The notes under the pieces: model-generated
What the model saw: the letters and a program-made list of their open reading frames with translations, nothing else
Databases searched by the model: none
What the model was told of the DNA's origin: nothing
Position numbers and translations under genes: made by a program
Shown: one piece after another, positions 7,003-16,284 of the stretch
Layout: each line of letters opens with the position of its first letter
Numbering within the stretch: position 1 is the stretch's first letter
Source: a virus
Direction: 5' to 3' (one strand)
IMG/VR virus record: IMGVR_UViG_3300050154_000067
Length of the DNA stretch: 43,258 nt

Positions 7003-8697
7003 TTAAAGAATCGCCAGCATATTTAATGTGCATGCGTAACTGTTTGGGTTGTAAATAGTTACACTTGTTGTTCCAACTCCATTTATCCACATGGCGTAGG
7101 TGATGGCGTTAGCTGGTGTCAGCGTTGTGTAAAAAACTTGCGGGGCTGACACAAATGCTAGCGGGAAAGTCCATGTTGCTGAACCATTTGCCGGGACTGT
7201 CAAATTCCCTCGATCGTATTGAGCACCGTTCGGTAGTGTAACAGCAACGCCATTGCCATTTGATACTGATGTGAATTGGTCTAGACGAACGGCCTGCTCT
7301 GACTTTGTCGCTTGTGAGATTTGTAGCGCACCCCCACCGCTGAGTATTCGAAACACCCCAGCAGATAGATTGAACACAAGTCTTACAAAACCAGAAAGTT
7401 CACCGCCTTGCAGCGCTCCTACAGCGCCATATATTTGCGATGCTCCCACGCCATTGATATTCAATGTCGCGGCGCCAGTGTTGATATTAGCTGATGAAAA
7501 ATAAACAAGAAGCTCCATGCCTGTTGTGAGCGCAACAAGGGGTAACGCTGTGGATATTGTATAAACGTTTGCCGAGCTTTGTACCGGAAGCCCCAAATAA
7601 ACGGGGTTTTGTTGCAATTGTGTTAGCGAAATCGCATGCTCTGGTTTAGCTGCGGCATTAACTTGCAATGATGCGCCGGTGACTTGAGACAGCAAAACGG
7701 CGCTAGCTAGCGTCGATGAGTACGCAACCCAGCCATAGCCACCTGCCGCCAGCTCCCCGCCTTGCAGTGCCCCAGCTACACCGAGTAACGGAACGGCAGC
7801 ATTAGAGCCGATCGTAATTGTCGCTGCTCCGGTATTAGCATTCGCAAATTTCACCAAAAATGGTACACCATCGGCCAGGGTAACTGGCGATGCGATCACA
7901 ACACTATTTGCAGTCGTTGACGTGTCAGCGCAGAATCCGCCTAAACGAAGGTTTCCGAGAGCGGTCGGGATTGATGCGAGATCGGAGAGGTTGTTGCTGA
8001 CTTGCAGCACACTCTGCATCGCGTCAGTAGTGATATTTGTGCCATCGCAAACAATCTGTGCGGTTTTGCCGGGCGCAATCGTGACACCATTCCCTGACGC
8101 AGTTTTGCATGTGACGGTAAACGCGCCGGTACAGTTATTCACAATAGTCCAGTCTTTTGTCCAGGCGGGAAAAATGACGTTGATATTAGCTGTCAGTGTG
8201 CCTGCCAACGTGATTCGACGTTTCGCTGCCTGCAGGGGTGTTAGTGTGACGCTGGTTGCCGCTAGGCCAGTGATCGCAGTTACACCGTACTGATAGCCGG
8301 GCACCCATCCAGTCGGGGAAGTTGTTGTAGACTCCGGCGCGACCGTGTTTGCGTCCGTTTGATTAATCCACTGCCCCGAATTGTCGGAGGCATTTAGTTT
8401 TGCCCCTACTGGATACCCAGAAATTGCGGGGCCGAATGTTGAGTCGTAGTAATACCCACCACCGGCCTGATTCCACAGGATCGCATTGGTGATGGCGTTA
8501 AGTATGCCATTAAAATCCAGGCCACTCGGTGCAACCCCACCAGCCACCAGCGGCGTACGAGTCAAGGGTGGAAACCCATCTGTATACGATGCTGCACCCG
8601 GCGTTACGCTGATTTGTGATGCCTGAGGGATGGTGTTTTTAGATCCTGAATTTGCAAATGGAATGGGGATTAATGCCGGAATAGAGCTAGCTTGCAT
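7003..8697 (-). CDS. Tail fibre protein (564 aa from ATG 8697; constant N-terminus plus currently joined variable C-terminus)
   Basis: 'GFPPLTRTPLVAGGVAPSGLDFNGILN' fibre N-terminus. AGGGA SD lies before ATG 8697; the ORF-track start 8769 overlaps the upstream gene by 83 nt. There is an internal duplicated 'NTGAAT...GALQGGEL' module. Confidence 0.8.
   Translation of the reverse strand: MQASSIPALIPIPFANSGSKNTIPQASQISVTPGAASYTDGFPPLTRTPLVAGGVAPSGLDFNGILNAITNAILWNQAGGGYYYDSTFGPAISGYPVGAKLNASDNSGQWINQTDANTVAPESTTTSPTGWVPGYQYGVTAITGLAATSVTLTPLQAAKRRITLAGTLTANINVIFPAWTKDWTIVNNCTGAFTVTCKTASGNGVTIAPGKTAQIVCDGTNITTDAMQSVLQVSNNLSDLASIPTALGNLRLGGFCADTSTTANSVVIASPVTLADGVPFLVKFANANTGAATITIGSNAAVPLLGVAGALQGGELAAGGYGWVAYSSTLASAVLLSQVTGASLQVNAAAKPEHAISLTQLQQNPVYLGLPVQSSANVYTISTALPLVALTTGMELLVYFSSANINTGAATLNINGVGASQIYGAVGALQGGELSGFVRLVFNLSAGVFRILSGGGALQISQATKSEQAVRLDQFTSVSNGNGVAVTLPNGAQYDRGNLTVPANGSATWTFPLAFVSAPQVFYTTLTPANAITYAMWINGVGTTSVTIYNPNSYACTLNMLAIL
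7936..7961. repeat. Invertase crossover site 2 (reverse complement: CTCGGAAACC-TT-CGTTTAGGCGG)
   Basis: Inverted copy of site 1, located in frame at GNLRLGG of the fibre. Confidence 0.7.
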
Positions 8698-9364
8698 TTT
8701 GTAGTCCCTGTGATGGATTAAAAAATACGCCCTGGCCGAATGGCTGCGCGCCAGCTTCGCCAAAGCCAAATGTTGAATTAGGGTTGATGATTAATGCGGT
8801 GGCCAATACGCCACACGGTCGGGGCAATACTTTGCCGCATGTGACTATCGCCAGTTGTACCGGCGTTAAATCAAACAAAAATGTGTAACGCAGTTGCATA
8901 TTCCCAGCATCGACAACAAACGCAGTACCGGATGACGAGAACAACCAGCGCAGAATTTTATTTATGTTAGGGATAGAGCAGTCAGTGATGTTGAACATCG
9001 CTTTCGCGATAATTAGCTGGCGATAGGCATCATCAGCTAGTTCGACAGTGGATGTTGATTGCAGGCCACTATAAAAAACGCCCTGGCCGAATGGCTCTGG
9101 GTTATTTGTTGATAAGTTGGTCGCAGCCTCGCCGAACCCGAAATAAAGCGGTGTTGAATTAACGGTCAGCAATCGAGAGATGTTTACTATCTTTCCGAGA
9201 ATATCAAGCCCGAACCCCTGCGCCGTATCCACATCCCAGATATACGAAAAAACGCTATCTAAATCCGTTGCCGGGTCGATTGCATCATTAAACGTTTCTA
9301 TCAGGCTGCATATTGTCGGCGAGTTAGCGTACTGGCTGAGTATCGTATCAGTGTAATTTTCCAT
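8687..9364 (-). CDS. Baseplate-associated tail protein (DUF2612-like by recollection)
   Basis: 225 aa between the baseplate-J-like gene and the fibre; 'ILSQYANSPTI' N-terminus. Confidence 0.5.
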   Translation of the reverse strand: MENYTDTILSQYANSPTICSLIETFNDAIDPATDLDSVFSYIWDVDTAQGFGLDILGKIVNISRLLTVNSTPLYFGFGEAATNLSTNNPEPFGQGVFYSGLQSTSTVELADDAYRQLIIAKAMFNITDCSIPNINKILRWLFSSSGTAFVVDAGNMQLRYTFLFDLTPVQLAIVTCGKVLPRPCGVLATALIINPNSTFGFGEAGAQPFGQGVFFNPSQGLQNAS

Positions 9365-9368
9365 GTGA

Positions 9369-10583
9369 TCACACCATGGTTACAGCGATGTTGGCGGCTG
9401 CGATTGTTGGGATCTGGTCAATGCCCAGCGTGAGAGACGTTAACCCGGCCGCTACTGCGTACCCCAGCGAGATAGACAGGATATTTACGTTGCTGTTTAC
9501 GGCATACACCGGCGCGTAATAGCGGCCAGCAAAAAGAGCCGCACCAATGCGTGCCCGGGTGCCGCCATCCTGACCATTAAAGGCCGAAACAATCGCAGCC
9601 TGAATTAAGGCAACGATATTTGATGGCAAGCTGGAATTGTTCGATATCTGAATAGCGAAATAAATCGGCGTGACAGTTGGTGTTACCCATGCGACCTGGT
9701 ACTGCGGCTGTGGAGCCTCATAGTTTGTATCGTAAATGGTGTACGAGTTAGAGCCATTATAGTTGCAGCCCGGCGCTTTTTTGTTCCAGATGGCCGCAGC
9801 AATTGCCGATGCCAGTCCACCATAAACACAAGCGTATAATGAGTTGGCTGCAACCTGCCGGTTTGACGATCCCAGCGTGACGGCTGTAGGCTGAGGGTTG
9901 TCGATTACATACGCATCCACAACATCAGAAACAGCTAATAATGCTGCGTAAATTGACTGCACGGAGTTAACGCCGTTGGCGGCAACTGATTGTTTGCGAC
10001 GATATTCAAAATCAGCTCTGCTCTCTACGTCAGTACCCACAACACCCGCCGCCGCGTTTGCAGCTGTATCCCAGCCAAAAATAGATAAGTAAATCGTCAG
10101 AGTTTGTGCCGGGCACGCTATCGGCCCTGTTGTTAGACACTGGAACGGGATATCAATTGTGCCGGATGCAGGAATTGTGGTTGTCGTTGTGCAGGCGTAG
10201 ATGTAGCCGTTAGCGTCCTGAACGCGGGCGGTTCCCGCCGGGATGTCGGTATTTGGTAGTCCTACACACGTCACAGTGATTACAGTGCCGGATGCGGATA
10301 TACGATCCATCATGTACAGCTTGCCGATAGCGTCTTGCCAGCGTCCTGAAGAGTAGTCCGGGTTTATCATCGAGACAATTTCGGCTATTGCTGCGTTTTT
10401 GTCACCGATGATCGCCGCATCACTCTGCGCAAGCTGCCCTTGCGGTGTGCTCAACGTCGTTATCTGTACGCCGCCGCCGAATGCGCTATCTATATCAGCC
10501 AGTCGCCCAGCCAAAATATCCGACTCAGCAGGCAGCGTGATCCCAGTATCGGCAAACGTAATGTCTGGGACTGAAGTTGTCAT
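9369..10583 (-). CDS. Baseplate J-like wedge protein
   Basis: 404 aa. Position and size match the XkdT/gpJ/Mu gp47 class. An N-terminal 'P.ESDILAGRLADI' type motif is present. Confidence 0.6.
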   Translation of the reverse strand: MTTSVPDITFADTGITLPAESDILAGRLADIDSAFGGGVQITTLSTPQGQLAQSDAAIIGDKNAAIAEIVSMINPDYSSGRWQDAIGKLYMMDRISASGTVITVTCVGLPNTDIPAGTARVQDANGYIYACTTTTTIPASGTIDIPFQCLTTGPIACPAQTLTIYLSIFGWDTAANAAAGVVGTDVESRADFEYRRKQSVAANGVNSVQSIYAALLAVSDVVDAYVIDNPQPTAVTLGSSNRQVAANSLYACVYGGLASAIAAAIWNKKAPGCNYNGSNSYTIYDTNYEAPQPQYQVAWVTPTVTPIYFAIQISNNSSLPSNIVALIQAAIVSAFNGQDGGTRARIGAALFAGRYYAPVYAVNSNVNILSISLGYAVAAGLTSLTLGIDQIPTIAAANIAVTMV

Positions 10584-10591
10584 GTGATCCC

Positions 10592-10945
10592 CTAGAATGT
10601 TGCAGTTGACGTGGTTTCAGTGTCGTCAGTGATTTCTACGCGCCCTGTCAGTGCTCGACCGTCAAACGTCACGAATGTGCAAACAGCAGTTACTACGCTC
10701 GGTACGGTTAATGCCGCCGCTTCAACTTTTGATTTCACGAGAGACGACGGGGGTGACTTGCCAAGAACTGACTCCCAGTAAGGGATACCCTGAGACGTGT
10801 CGTACCAGCACTCACCCAAAAATGTACGAATAGCACTGGCAACATCCTGAGCGATTGAGTACGGCTCTGAGGCGCAGGCGACGTTGCCACTGGAATCCAG
10901 CACCAGATCCCATGCGCTACGGTCGAGAAGTAGTGTCTTTTGCAT
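10592..10945 (-). CDS. Small baseplate protein (XkdS/gpW-gp25-like position)
   Basis: 117 aa, immediately upstream of the baseplate-J-like gene. Confidence 0.45.
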   Translation of the reverse strand: MQKTLLLDRSAWDLVLDSSGNVACASEPYSIAQDVASAIRTFLGECWYDTSQGIPYWESVLGKSPPSSLVKSKVEAAALTVPSVVTAVCTFVTFDGRALTGRVEITDDTETTSTATF

Positions 10946-10967
10946 CGAAACTCCGGTTTTTTGGCAA

Positions 10968-10993
10968 TAAAAAACCCCGCCGGAGCGAGGTTT
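10968..10993 (-). terminator. Rho-independent terminator inside the tail operon (ends the moron insert)
   Basis: The minus strand reads CCTCGC-TCCG-GCGGGG followed by TTTTTTA. Confidence 0.6.
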
Positions 10994-11012
10994 GATTGGT
11001 AGGTGAGGTCAT

Positions 11013-11180
11013 TTAATATAGAGAAGATAAGCCGCTTTTTCTTGGTGATTTTCCTGCGTGCGAGTGATGCCAGATACCCTTAGTGATACCAAGCTCTAAT
11101 TGCCTTTTGCGATCGGAATAAGCGGTATATTTTAAGGAAAAATGACGAGCAATAACGCCTGAAGCCTTTTTGTTCGTCAT
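11013..11180 (-). pseudogene. Relic of a second MuF / SPP1-gp7-type head-morphogenesis gene (55 codons)
   Basis: It translates to ...RQLELGITKGIWHHSHAGKSPRKSGLSSLY*. The full MuF gene of this phage has RQESIGIDEGIWRHSHAGKHPRKSHVKANG (24584..25414). The nucleotide sequences differ at many synonymous sites. Confidence 0.6.
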
Positions 11181-11194
11181 TACTTACCAGCCGA

Positions 11195-11542
11195 TTATTT
11201 AGATGCAAAATTTACAAGAGAGTTTTTACCACCATATTGCTCAAAATGCGTACTACAGTACCTGTAAAAAACTTGATAATTGTATTCAGAGTCGCTAAAT
11301 GGCGCATTTGGATCTCTATATACACTCGCTAAAAGCAAATCAACCCACCTCCCGGTTCGTTCCTTGTCTACGGGCTGATCCCTTATTTGATACATAATCT
11401 GTTGTTTAGCATCTGATTGGGTAAAGCCCCCCTTGATAAGATCAAGAGACAGTTGCAAGACACCAGCCCTAAACTGACACTCGTCATTTGCAATGGCTTG
11501 AAAAGAAAGAGCTATAACAAGTAATACAATCAGTTTTTTCAT
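11195..11542 (-). CDS. Secreted/periplasmic small protein of unknown function (moron in the baseplate module)
   Basis: Signal peptide MKKLIVLLVIALSFQAIA-ND; two Cys; visibly AT-rich compared with the flanks; own terminator downstream. Confidence 0.65.
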   Translation of the reverse strand: MKKLIVLLVIALSFQAIANDECQFRAGVLQLSLDLIKGGFTQSDAKQQIMYQIRDQPVDKERTGRWVDLLLASVYRDPNAPFSDSEYNYQVFYRYCSTHFEQYGGKNSLVNFASK

Positions 11543-11583
11543 ATCACCATATCACTCACTATGAGGGTTATGGCGTAAGTCTA

Positions 11584-12306
11584 TCACTGGATTGGCTTTC
11601 CGGTAGTGCCTGAACCGATCGTTCCGCCGGGGTGTTCATGTTGAGATACTTGAATTCCATTTCCTGTAATCTCTCCAGTAGCCGTTATCGAACCACCAAA
11701 CGTAGCATTACCGCCGTTACTCCCCGCGCCCTGCTCTACCGCACCATTCAACACAATGCTGGCTGAATCTATCTCCGTGAATGGGGCAGATAGCGTGATT
11801 TTGGTCGGTGATACAAGAGAGATACCACTAGCGTTAAACTGAATATACTGCGATGGCACACCATTTAATACACCACCAATATACATCGCGTCCGACGGGT
11901 GATGTGACCGGCCAGACGCTGGCGCAGCAGCAGCTTTTGTGCTTTTCACTGTGCTGATATCACGGCTGGCAAACAGCGCAATACCAATATCTCCCACTTT
12001 AGGATCAAGGATCACGGCGTCTTTACCACCTTGAAGCCTGAAATAGATAGCGTTGTTAACCTCTTCATGCTGAGTCACCTTCCCTTGGCTATCGAGCTGA
12101 CTTACAAGGGGGCGTAAACTCACTTCACCCACTGGAGACACACCACCGGCATTTGTTACAGCTGTAACCATTACAAGAGTTGAAGTCCATTTTTTGTTCA
12201 AAAACTGAGTGATATAAAAATCCAGCCCATTCACATCTTCCGTGAAGATACCAGGGGAGGTTAATTGAGAACTAGCCATTGATTGCCACCACGGAGTTAT
12301 TAACAC
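11584..12306 (-). CDS. Baseplate central spike protein (gpV / Mu gp45-like); alternative start at 12279
   Basis: OB-fold-like core 'DIGIALFASRD' and a C-terminal 'HEHPGGTIGSGTTGKP' spike-tip motif. Confidence 0.6.
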   Translation of the reverse strand: MLITPWWQSMASSQLTSPGIFTEDVNGLDFYITQFLNKKWTSTLVMVTAVTNAGGVSPVGEVSLRPLVSQLDSQGKVTQHEEVNNAIYFRLQGGKDAVILDPKVGDIGIALFASRDISTVKSTKAAAAPASGRSHHPSDAMYIGGVLNGVPSQYIQFNASGISLVSPTKITLSAPFTEIDSASIVLNGAVEQGAGSNGGNATFGGSITATGEITGNGIQVSQHEHPGGTIGSGTTGKPIQ

Positions 12307-13144
12307 CTAAAATAGCCATTGAAAACCAAGGCCCCTCTGGCATTTCGCTTGAAATCATGTGCTGAACGCTGAGAATATAAAACTTACCGTTTGCCCTTTG
12401 GATTGAAGTGGTTAATTGACACTTTCTCCCATGGACAATATCAGCATTAAATTCTGATGTAATTTGATAACCATACGAAATAAAAGTTGGGTATCCCCGC
12501 AGTCCATTAGCTGGAGAAATAACAATTTCTTCTGAATCATTACCAGCGCCAACTGGCCAGATGGTAATTTTTCCATTGGAAATGCTTAGGTCTATCTGTG
12601 CCGCACGGGCTATATCCTGGATCTGCTCAATCACAGAACCATAGGTGTAGTGATTTTGCAGGGATTGATTAACACCGGAATTTTTAAACTGAAACCCGAT
12701 GCTCTTTGCCAAAGACTGGATCATAGTTGCTACGTCACACGAACCAGCATGACTGTTAGGTGCGGCGGATGATACTTGCTCGTAATACCCAGCACGACAC
12801 TGAATAACTAACGCAACATCAGGAGCGTTATCATAATCAATGCGGCAATCATGAATTGTTCCCTGAAATACCTGCGACATCCCTGCAACACTATCCCCAG
12901 CAATTACAGTTACTACTATTTTTTTCAAGTCATTGTAAAACTGCGCATAAGTGCAGCACTTCAACATATCAGATTCCCTCATGCCGTAAATTTTGGCATA
13001 GAGGGTACTCCCTGCCGTTCCACCCGCCTCACTGATCATTGCTTCTACACGCAATCCTGATACCGTTAGGCTGTTATTGCCATTACCAAAATCATCGTTC
13101 GATAATTGAAAATTAACAGTAATGGCTCGTTTAACGAAGCTCAT
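12272..13144 (-). CDS. Baseplate hub-like protein
   Basis: 290 aa, positioned between the post-TMP genes and the spike. No motif-level assignment. Confidence 0.4.
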   Translation of the reverse strand: MSFVKRAITVNFQLSNDDFGNGNNSLTVSGLRVEAMISEAGGTAGSTLYAKIYGMRESDMLKCCTYAQFYNDLKKIVVTVIAGDSVAGMSQVFQGTIHDCRIDYDNAPDVALVIQCRAGYYEQVSSAAPNSHAGSCDVATMIQSLAKSIGFQFKNSGVNQSLQNHYTYGSVIEQIQDIARAAQIDLSISNGKITIWPVGAGNDSEEIVISPANGLRGYPTFISYGYQITSEFNADIVHGRKCQLTTSIQRANGKFYILSVQHMISSEMPEGPWFSMAILGVNNSVVAING

Positions 13145-13440
13145 AAATCACTCGCCTCCAGATAGCAGAAAATGTAACGGGTTCCAAGCTCTGTGTAGTC
13201 AGGATCGCTGGTACCTTGCATATCGATAAATACCAAGTCACCAACGAATCCCAGGTAGGGATAGCGCACCAGTTTTACTCGGTCGTGACACACTACAGCG
13301 GACATCACGGTGGTAGCGCCCACCAGCAAATCGCACAGCATAACATCACGTTTTTGGTACAAATTAATCGTGCAACTTTGCCCACCCAAAACAACATTTA
13401 GCGTTTGGGCAGCAACTGAAGTAACGGGGATAATAAGCAT
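13141..13440 (-). CDS. Small tail/baseplate protein
   Basis: 99 aa, translationally coupled on both sides (ATGA overlaps). Confidence 0.4.
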   Translation of the reverse strand: MLIIPVTSVAAQTLNVVLGGQSCTINLYQKRDVMLCDLLVGATTVMSAVVCHDRVKLVRYPYLGFVGDLVFIDMQGTSDPDYTELGTRYIFCYLEASDL

Positions 13441-14096
13441 TATGACACCGTTGATTTACTGTAAGCAGCCGACTGCTGGGTGGTAGGGGACGATGCCGAA
13501 ACATTTCCCCGGCTTACTGTTGAGGACGAGCTTGCTGATGCTGTATTTGTATAGACGGCCCCGGCAGTAACACGAACCTCCTGAAAATAGGCTTCAACCA
13601 TCAATAGGCTCACGCCATTCTCTGATGTTCTGGCATAGTCATAATCGAGCATATTCATGTTGGGGTAGGTGTAATCTGGGGTGACTAATTCATACAGATC
13701 CAAGCTATTTTTCATCACATCAAGCTGCGTTAAAAACTGCATTCGCGTGATGTCGGACGACGCAATATTGCCTGAGCAGACCATCTTCATGCGCACGTCA
13801 TAAGGCATCTGCACTTTGTTATAAGAAGCGAATCCCCCCGCTTCCACTGGATATGTACTTATCTTTGAGCTTCCTTTGCACTGAAACCCAGAAAACCCAT
13901 CAGGGCTGATCACTGGCGTACTGCCATCGGCGGTATAAATGCCCCACATAGAGCCTAGTATCGACTCGATGATAGACAACGGATTGCCGCTGTAGATGGC
14001 ACTCAGTACATTAGTTTCCGTCAGGTTTGCGGAGTTACGCAGTACATTAGGCACGCCGAGAGAATCGGGCACATCAGGAAACTGAATCGTTGGCAT
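13440..14096 (-). CDS. Tail protein downstream of the tape measure (distal tail/baseplate initiator position)
   Basis: 218 aa; start overlaps the TMP stop. Confidence 0.4.
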   Translation of the reverse strand: MPTIQFPDVPDSLGVPNVLRNSANLTETNVLSAIYSGNPLSIIESILGSMWGIYTADGSTPVISPDGFSGFQCKGSSKISTYPVEAGGFASYNKVQMPYDVRMKMVCSGNIASSDITRMQFLTQLDVMKNSLDLYELVTPDYTYPNMNMLDYDYARTSENGVSLLMVEAYFQEVRVTAGAVYTNTASASSSSTVSRGNVSASSPTTQQSAAYSKSTVS

Positions 14097-16282
14097 CAGA
14101 ACGAACCTCCATTTGCCGCCGCCACTAAGCTGTTACGCCGGATCTGACTGGGTAGATCTCTCGCGATACCCTGCGCATCGGTTGCCTGTGTCACAACATT
14201 GAGGTTATTGATATTCACTTCACTGGTTGACGTGCTCGGCATCAACGGTGACGGTGCTCCCATTGCGCTGGCACCGGCACCAACACGGACGCCCCCCAAT
14301 ACTCTGTTGATATAATCAACGGTCTCATGGGGTAAGTTACCCATGCCTTTGCGCTGTAAAGCGCCTGGGCCTTCGTTGTACGCAGCCACCGCTTTGGTAA
14401 TGTCTCCACCGAACATGCTCAGTAATTGCCGCAGATATCTAGCCGCCGCTTGTGCCGACTTATCTGGATCGAATACATCCCCACCCCGCAACCCCAACAT
14501 TTGAGCCGTGCCAGGCATTAGTTGCATCAATCCCTGCGCGCCAGCAGGCGAGACAGCGAACTGGTTACCGCCTGATTCGGCGGTTGCAATGCGCCGCAAT
14601 ATCCCCGCCGGTAACCCCAACTGAGTTTCCAGTTGGGTGAATTTCGCACCCATCATATCGAGCAGGACTTTCCCGGCACCCTTGGCTTGCGGTAATCCAA
14701 CGTCATCCCCCAAAGCTACGGGCGATTGAGGTTGCGCCATGCCAACTTTTTGCAGAATGGCCACAACGGCATCAGTGAATTTTTGAGCAAAGGATTGGTT
14801 GTTTAATGCGTCAACTGTATCGTTAAATTGCTTCGTGACAGCGCCGGGAACATCAACATTTTTAATGCGCCGCGCAGCTTGGGCGTGCTGCTCTGCTGAA
14901 TCCGTTAAATCTTTTGATGATTTATCAGTAGACTTAGCCGTGTTTAATAATGCCTGCGCGAGAGGATCTAAATATGAACCACCTTCAGCGGCAGCTTGCT
15001 CTGGCGTTCTTGCGGAAGAATTTACTTTGGTATTTGAGGGTATTTCGATGGTGTTTGTTTTTACACCTTCCCACCAACTGGATACTTTTTTGATTATCTC
15101 GTCATGGAATGCTACGCCCTTTTTATCCTCCTCCTCTTTTTTCATCATCAGAAGATGAGCGGGCGTGACGTTTTTTCCTTTGGCTTCCGCTTCTATATCA
15201 TTCAGATCGCTATTAACTTTCCAACCTGCCAGCGCGAGACCCAACACAGGAAGACCACCTTTAAGCCCACCACCGGTAGCAGTACTCACACCACCAATAG
15301 CCTTTGCGGCTGCACCTGCAGCGGCAACAATTCCTAGCAGCCAGCGCCCAGCGACATACGCAAGAAGCAGTTCAAACGCATTTTGCACCCCACCAACAGC
15401 ATCCGTGACAGCTTTTACATCAGCAGCAGCAGTGGTAAAAAAACCGTTAATTTCTGTTTGGTGTGTTGATACCCACGTTGCGAATTTGTCTAACTGAGTG
15501 AGCAATTGTTCAATGTAAGGGATTAACGCAGTAAAAAGCTTTTCACGAACGCTTTGAAATGTCTGGTCGATTTTCGCCCATGTTTCTTGAAACTGCTGAG
15601 ACTTTGCTACTGCCTCATCAGACACGCCAGAATGCTTGTACATCTCCTGGTGAACAGACTCTTCATTCGAAGCTAGCTCCATGTTCACAATATTGCCAGT
15701 CATACCAAGAGCAGACCCGTACTGACGAGCTGTTCCGACATCGAAGTGACGGGCACGAAATTGCTCACCAACTTCCTTGTATATCTCTCCCATGCTCTTG
15801 GCTTTACCAGTGGCATCAACAGCTGAAATTCCCAGAGAGTTCAGCGCAGCAACGGCATCACCGCCACCCTTTCCCATCGCAAATGCGTACAGGCTATCAT
15901 TCAGCGACTGCATAGAGCTGGTTAACTCGTCCGCAGTACCACCAAACGCCATCGCAGTATGTTGCCAGGCATCAAGATCGCGGGCAGACATGCGCAACGC
16001 GGCTGCAGAACGTCCCAGGGTAGCCATAGAATCTGCCGTGCCCACTACCAGGTCTTTCATCCCTTTTATCGATAGCGTGATGCCCACCAGCGCCAGTAAC
16101 TCGTTTTTAATCTGGCTAAAAAAACTGGCTGCTTTCTTGCCTTGTTCTTCCATGAGCTTGGCAACTTGCGTTGACTGGTCTGCGGTTTTTTTCAGCCCTT
16201 CTGCTGTTTCCTTTTGTCCAGCTTTAAACGCGGTAGAATCAAGCCCCAGGGTGATAACCAGAGCATCAATAAGCGTGGCCAT
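14096..16282 (-). CDS. Tape measure protein with C-terminal lytic transglycosylase (SLT) domain
   Basis: 728 aa with a helical Ala/Gly-rich body. 'AESGGNQFAVSPAGAQGLMQLMPGTA...AYNEGPG' matches the SLT catalytic-Glu motif set. Confidence 0.8.
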   Translation of the reverse strand: MATLIDALVITLGLDSTAFKAGQKETAEGLKKTADQSTQVAKLMEEQGKKAASFFSQIKNELLALVGITLSIKGMKDLVVGTADSMATLGRSAAALRMSARDLDAWQHTAMAFGGTADELTSSMQSLNDSLYAFAMGKGGGDAVAALNSLGISAVDATGKAKSMGEIYKEVGEQFRARHFDVGTARQYGSALGMTGNIVNMELASNEESVHQEMYKHSGVSDEAVAKSQQFQETWAKIDQTFQSVREKLFTALIPYIEQLLTQLDKFATWVSTHQTEINGFFTTAAADVKAVTDAVGGVQNAFELLLAYVAGRWLLGIVAAAGAAAKAIGGVSTATGGGLKGGLPVLGLALAGWKVNSDLNDIEAEAKGKNVTPAHLLMMKKEEEDKKGVAFHDEIIKKVSSWWEGVKTNTIEIPSNTKVNSSARTPEQAAAEGGSYLDPLAQALLNTAKSTDKSSKDLTDSAEQHAQAARRIKNVDVPGAVTKQFNDTVDALNNQSFAQKFTDAVVAILQKVGMAQPQSPVALGDDVGLPQAKGAGKVLLDMMGAKFTQLETQLGLPAGILRRIATAESGGNQFAVSPAGAQGLMQLMPGTAQMLGLRGGDVFDPDKSAQAAARYLRQLLSMFGGDITKAVAAYNEGPGALQRKGMGNLPHETVDYINRVLGGVRVGAGASAMGAPSPLMPSTSTSEVNINNLNVVTQATDAQGIARDLPSQIRRNSLVAAANGGSF

Positions 16283-16284
16283 AG

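Larger units (their letters stand above)
5543..7949. mobile_element. Invertible DNA segment (G-segment-like), ~2.4 kb
   Basis: Bounded by the inverted 13-bp repeats. It contains two oppositely oriented fibre-tip plus chaperone gene sets and is flanked by the invertase gene. Confidence 0.7.

Noticed and set aside
7270-7292. Possible third invertase site (CTAGACGAACGG resembles CCTAAACGAAGG)
   Set aside because: Only 9 of 11 core bases match, and the AAAnn-TT layout is not preserved. The similarity is explained by a recurring (A/N)(V/L)RL(D/G) peptide motif in the fibre.
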